This document shows, in pieces, positions 6,900 to 8,876 of a DNA stretch of 8,876 bases. The position numbers were made by a program, and so were the translations under genes. This stretch comes from a virus (Duplodnaviria > Heunggongvirae > Uroviricota > Caudoviricetes). The notes under the pieces were generated by a model. The model searched no databases. It was not told the DNA's origin and was given only the letters and a program-made list of their open reading frames with translations. Position 1 is the stretch's first letter; every line of letters starts with the position of its first letter. The DNA is taken from the IMG/VR virus record IMGVR_UViG_2703718798_000006; one strand, written 5' to 3'.

Positions 6900-7337
6900 C
6901 CGACCGGAGATCGAAACATGATTGCGCGAAGAGCTGCCAACCGCCTCACAGGCTTTATTCCAGGCAAGATTAATCATGCACTCCATGATGGGACTGTCAC
7001 TTTCCTCAACAAAGGAGAGGCGCGCAATCATGCATTCCTTACTAATCACATGGCGCTGACTGATAAGGCGCTGGTAACTGACTGCCTGCCATTCAGCCTT
7101 TTCAGCCCTGCGTTCAAAACTGGCAGCCATGCACTGCCAAAGCAGAAACAGAACCACACTGAAGAGTACCAACACAACAAAATCACACAGGACAAACGCC
7201 GCAACACCAACCAGAAAGGCGCTGATTCGCAGAGCAGCAGAAACGCGTCGGTGAAACACACATGTAATACGTTCAAGCCAGTAGCTGTACCACAGGTCAA
7301 AAAGAATGTCGTAATCAGAAGGGAGCTTATCACTCAT
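6873..7337 (-). CDS. Hypothetical two-TM membrane protein, 154 aa, antisense to the early operon (alternative start ATG 7397)
   Basis: Internal ATG (7337) of minus ORF 6873..7673. Two adjacent hydrophobic helices (ISAFLVGVAAFVLC-D-FVVLVLFSVVLFLLW) flanked by basic residues. The overlapping plus ORF 6918..8030 is low-complexity and runs through two terminators. Weak SD (GGGG 10 nt upstream). Confidence 0.4.
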   Translation of the reverse strand: MSDKLPSDYDILFDLWYSYWLERITCVFHRRVSAALRISAFLVGVAAFVLCDFVVLVLFSVVLFLLWQCMAASFERRAEKAEWQAVSYQRLISQRHVISKECMIARLSFVEESDSPIMECMINLAWNKACEAVGSSSRNHVSISGRLLSRLCGF

Positions 7338-7500
7338 CAGAAACACCCCGCGTATGCAGACAATCACCAGTTGCCAGGTGATATTAATTCGCCACATTCT
7401 AACCACATCAGCACGCAACACAAAAACCGCTTGCCAGCGTTCGCCTGGTCGGGTTACAGTTTTCCCGCACCTCATAAAACGGGTGCCGGGATTGCAACCC

Positions 7501-7542
7501 CCGCTGACTACACAAGCGCACAACCGCGCCAGCGGTTTTTTT
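7501..7542 (+). terminator. Strong Rho-independent terminator T1: stem CCGCTG/CAGCGG with internal GCGC/GCGC sub-stem, then T7
   Basis: 6-bp GC-rich outer stem (7501-7506 / 7530-7535) directly followed by TTTTTTT (7536-7542); 4-bp inner stem 7516-7519 / 7526-7529. Confidence 0.6.
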
Positions 7543-7582
7543 GTGCGTACCGCATCGTCACATCTTTTTCGCGTCAGAATTA

Positions 7583-7660
7583 TGGTGGGGCGTACAGGGC
7601 CGACTTCGGTCGGGCCGGGGTCTTGTGTAGCCGGTGGTTGCAACCCTGTACGTCTCACCA
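7583..7660 (+). ncRNA. Candidate structured RNA (sRNA or cis-acting leader/antiterminator) in the 17-bp stem fold
   Basis: 7583-7599 pairs with 7644-7660 over 17 bp including two G-U wobbles (7590-7653, 7588-7655), which are valid only in plus-strand RNA. Enclosed hairpin 7600-7604/7609-7613 has loop TTCG with C-G closing pair (cUUCGg). ORF-free region. Confidence 0.45.
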
Positions 7661-7692
7661 CCCAGAATTGCAACCTCTGGATGGTGAGTTTT
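7654..7692 (+). terminator. Putative intrinsic terminator T2: 7-bp + 5-bp stem (one mismatch), 9-nt loop, T4 tail; mutually exclusive with the 17-bp stem
   Basis: CTCACCA(7654-7660)/TGGTGAG(7682-7688) and CCAGA(7662-7666)/TCTGG(7676-7680), followed by TTTT (7689-7692). The 5' arm is also the 3' arm of the long stem at 7583-7660. Confidence 0.45.
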
Positions 7693-7720
7693 CAAAACTT
7701 ACTACACAAGAGGCCACACC

Positions 7721-7948
7721 ATGGCAAACCGCAAGCAACAGCGCGCCCGCGCTGAGCGTCTTCACATCCACACCGAAATCAACCGCAGACTCCATCGGGC
7801 TGCATCTGTCTCCTTCATCATGCAGTCAAACGTATTACACCGACTTAACGACGGTATCGCTGCCGGGTATTACGCGGCAGTCTTCAGCTATCTGGCCGAA
7901 GACCTGGCAGAACTGCAGGACCTTATCAACCAGCAACACCACCACTAA
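7721..7948 (+). CDS. Hypothetical small basic/helical protein, 75 aa, ending HHH
   Basis: ATG 7721 preceded by AAGAGG (7708-7713) at 7-nt spacing; first gene after the structured leader. Confidence 0.6.
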   Translation: MANRKQQRARAERLHIHTEINRRLHRAASVSFIMQSNVLHRLNDGIAAGYYAAVFSYLAEDLAELQDLINQQHHH

Positions 7949-8016
7949 ACAACATCCTGAAGCCATCCCGCACCCGTGCGCGGGAGGCTTCCGCACGTCT
8001 GTTACCGGAGGTTCTC

Positions 8017-8427
8017 ATGAAGAGCGTTAAGGGACTTTCAGATATTCAGGATTTTTTTAACTGGATGTGGGCAGTGGATCCCCGGCTGGCTTCCCGCCTG
8101 AACGACTGGCACGACTATTACCGCCGCGCCTGTAAACAGGCCGCCAGACACGTCACCACATACGGGGATTTCTCCTTCACCGTTGACGACCGTTACCGCG
8201 TGGACGTGAAAGGTGATGGTTTTGGTTTATTTCACATCAACGGAACCGACAGCACCGCCATCAGTTGGTCGTCGTCAGAGATGACGCTTGTTCTGGAAAT
8301 GACAACGCACAGCGTGGCCGTGAAAGGCATATACACCGCAGAAGACTTTATCGGTGAATATCAGCGCCTTCTCGTGCTGTACCGCGCGGCGTTTCAGGCG
8401 GCGACTGCCGGGGAGTGCGACGCATGA
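8017..8427 (+). CDS. Hypothetical protein, 136 aa
   Basis: ATG 8017 preceded by GGAGG (8007-8011); stop overlaps the next start (ATGA 8424-8427). Confidence 0.65.
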   Translation: MKSVKGLSDIQDFFNWMWAVDPRLASRLNDWHDYYRRACKQAARHVTTYGDFSFTVDDRYRVDVKGDGFGLFHINGTDSTAISWSSSEMTLVLEMTTHSVAVKGIYTAEDFIGEYQRLLVLYRAAFQAATAGECDA

Positions 8428-8651
8428 GTGACCACAATGCACAGCTGGCGTACCCGTGGAACGCCCCGCTACCGGTTATCGATCCTGAAACGTTCGGCAG
8501 AGCGCAGCCAACCGCATTACGCCAGGCCATTCAGAGCTACATCAACGAGGATATTCGCACTGACGCCAGACTGGATGAAGAAACCGTCGCCTTCCTGACA
8601 ACCACAGACGAAGGGAAGCGAATTAATTCGCATCTTCAAACTGGTATCTGA
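8424..8651 (+). CDS. Hypothetical protein, 75 aa (ORF opens with GTG at 8415)
   Basis: ATG 8424 translationally coupled to the upstream gene; GGGGAG upstream. Confidence 0.5.
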   Translation: MSDHNAQLAYPWNAPLPVIDPETFGRAQPTALRQAIQSYINEDIRTDARLDEETVAFLTTTDEGKRINSHLQTGI

Positions 8652-8655
8652 AGCC

Positions 8656-8876
8656 ATGGCAGAGCTGCGCGCCCTGCCGCCGTTTCTTGCCGGTCCGCTC
8701 ATCCGTGACCTGGCGCGCCTGAGCCGCAAACAGGAGAGCGCACGCCGGGAAGGGCTTAAGAATAACAGCGCATATGCGGCGGATAACTTCGTTCGTCACG
8801 GGCTGCGTGCCCGCCTGAAACGTATCGCCCGTGTGAATGAACGCTTTGCCACCCCGGCCTTTAAGGCCACCGCCGC
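8656..8876 (+). CDS. 5' end of an ORF running off the window (>=73 codons); possibly the replication initiator (gpA-like) by position
   Basis: ATG 8656, 4 nt after the previous stop and in a different frame; open to the window end (MAELRALPPFLAGPLIRDLARLSRKQ...RIARVNERF...). Functional guess rests on P2 gene order and a faint recollection of P2 A; unverified. Confidence 0.4.
   Translation, partial: MAELRALPPFLAGPLIRDLARLSRKQESARREGLKNNSAYAADNFVRHGLRARLKRIARVNERFATPAFKATA

Larger units (their letters stand above)
117..8876. mobile_element. P2/186-family prophage, integrase-proximal arm and early region; left boundary (attL) presumably within 1..116, right boundary beyond the window
   Basis: Gene order int <- repressor <- | -> cox-like -> accessory genes, matching P2/186 layout; P2-size integrase and P2 C-like repressor; phage-typical compact, overlapping small genes. 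Confidence 0.7.

Noticed and set aside
7046-7333. 95-aa minus ORF (GTG start) overlapping the membrane-protein ORF in another frame
   Set aside because: Starts with GTG and no SD; the alternative frame with ATG 7337 gives a cleaner two-TM topology. Only one of the two can be real.
6918-8030. 370-aa plus-strand ORF with a good SD (GGAG) before ATG 6918
   Set aside because: Low-complexity Ser/Thr/Gln/His/Lys-rich product; runs through two intrinsic terminators and the structured RNA region and overlaps the 7721 gene out of frame. Better explained as a shadow of the minus-strand membrane ORF plus chance openness.
1-8876. Search for LexA boxes (CTGT-N8-ACAG), CRISPR repeats and tRNA/tmRNA-like sequence
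   Set aside because: No CTGT-N8-ACAG site with AT-rich spacer found by eye near any promoter; no regularly spaced direct-repeat array; no tRNA-like segment recognised at the left end.

Overview
The window reads as the integrase-proximal end and early region of a P2/186-family temperate prophage from an enterobacterial host. All calls are from reading the sequence and ORF track; no database search was run. Leftward (minus strand): a tyrosine integrase (117..1109) and a small P2 C-type immunity repressor (1179..1520). Between the repressor and a rightward Cox/Apl-like HTH gene (1624..2148) lies a compact switch region with a consensus -35 TTGACA promoter and a 20-bp perfect palindrome. The rightward early operon then carries small genes of unknown function, many translationally coupled by ATGA overlaps, plus a DEDDh 3'-5' exonuclease (4277..4858), a Dam-family N6-adenine methyltransferase with an appended Cys4 tail (5091..6071) and an NDT/DUF4406-like protein (6549..6899). 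Two minus-strand genes sit antisense inside this operon: a 151-aa protein (2233..2688) and a two-TM membrane protein (6873..7337). The most interesting stretch is a ~380-bp ORF-free region (7338..7720): a strong intrinsic terminator, a densely structured RNA element (17-bp stem with two G-U pairs, a cUUCGg tetraloop hairpin) whose 3' arm can instead form a second terminator, and duplicated sequence motifs. It lies directly upstream of a cluster of small genes (7721..8651) that ends in an ORF running off the window, which by position may be the replication initiator. No rRNA, tRNA or CRISPR array was seen.
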